Shown here piece after piece: positions 63,819 to 64,000 of a stretch of DNA of 64,000 nt. The DNA lies in contig CM075989.1 in the NCBI GenBank assembly GCA_038087875.1, forward strand, positions 6,200,001 to 6,264,000, written 5' to 3'. This DNA comes from Malacoraja senta (Eukaryota). How positions within the stretch are numbered: the first letter of the stretch is position 1; each line of letters starts with the position of its first letter. The position numbers and the translations under genes are program-made. The notes beneath the pieces were generated by a model that saw nothing but the letters and a program-made list of their open reading frames with translations, was not told the DNA's origin and ran no database searches.

Positions 63819-64000
63819 TTTGACCTTTAAAGCTGTCAATGCAATGAAGACCAAGATTCAAGATTCAAGAGAATTTATTGTCATGTGTCCCTGATAGGAC
63901 AATGAAATTCTTGCTTTGCTTCAGCACAACAGAACACAGTAGGCATTGACTACAAAACAGATCAGTGTGTCCATATACCATTATATAAATATATACACAC

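Overview
Eukaryotic, repeat-saturated intronic or intergenic DNA from a cartilaginous fish. A skate or ray is most likely; this is inferred from the HE1-type V-SINEs and their HER1/CR1 partner LINE tails. I recognise no intact host gene. The long ORFs are microsatellite read-through or 5'-truncated, decayed retroelement fragments: CR1/HER1, L2, Rex1/Babar, Tx1 and the Penelope GIY-YIG endonuclease. The main repeat classes are: about 28 HE1-like SINEs; about 40 short Penelope-derived modules with a minimal hammerhead-ribozyme motif, many as fold-back units and several with 10-17 bp TSDs; 12 PIF/Harbinger-type MITEs sharing TIRs and, in most copies, a central palindrome, with TSD mismatches concentrated at the middle base; a Helitron with promoter-like motifs; and GC-rich non-autonomous elements with Rex1-type tails. 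Unique islands hold one candidate 103-bp minus-strand exon and two candidate enhancers. There is a 200-N gap at 58022-58221. Family names come from my recognition of the sequence, not from database searches. Most repeat boundaries are approximate (about +/-20 bp) unless TSDs are given.
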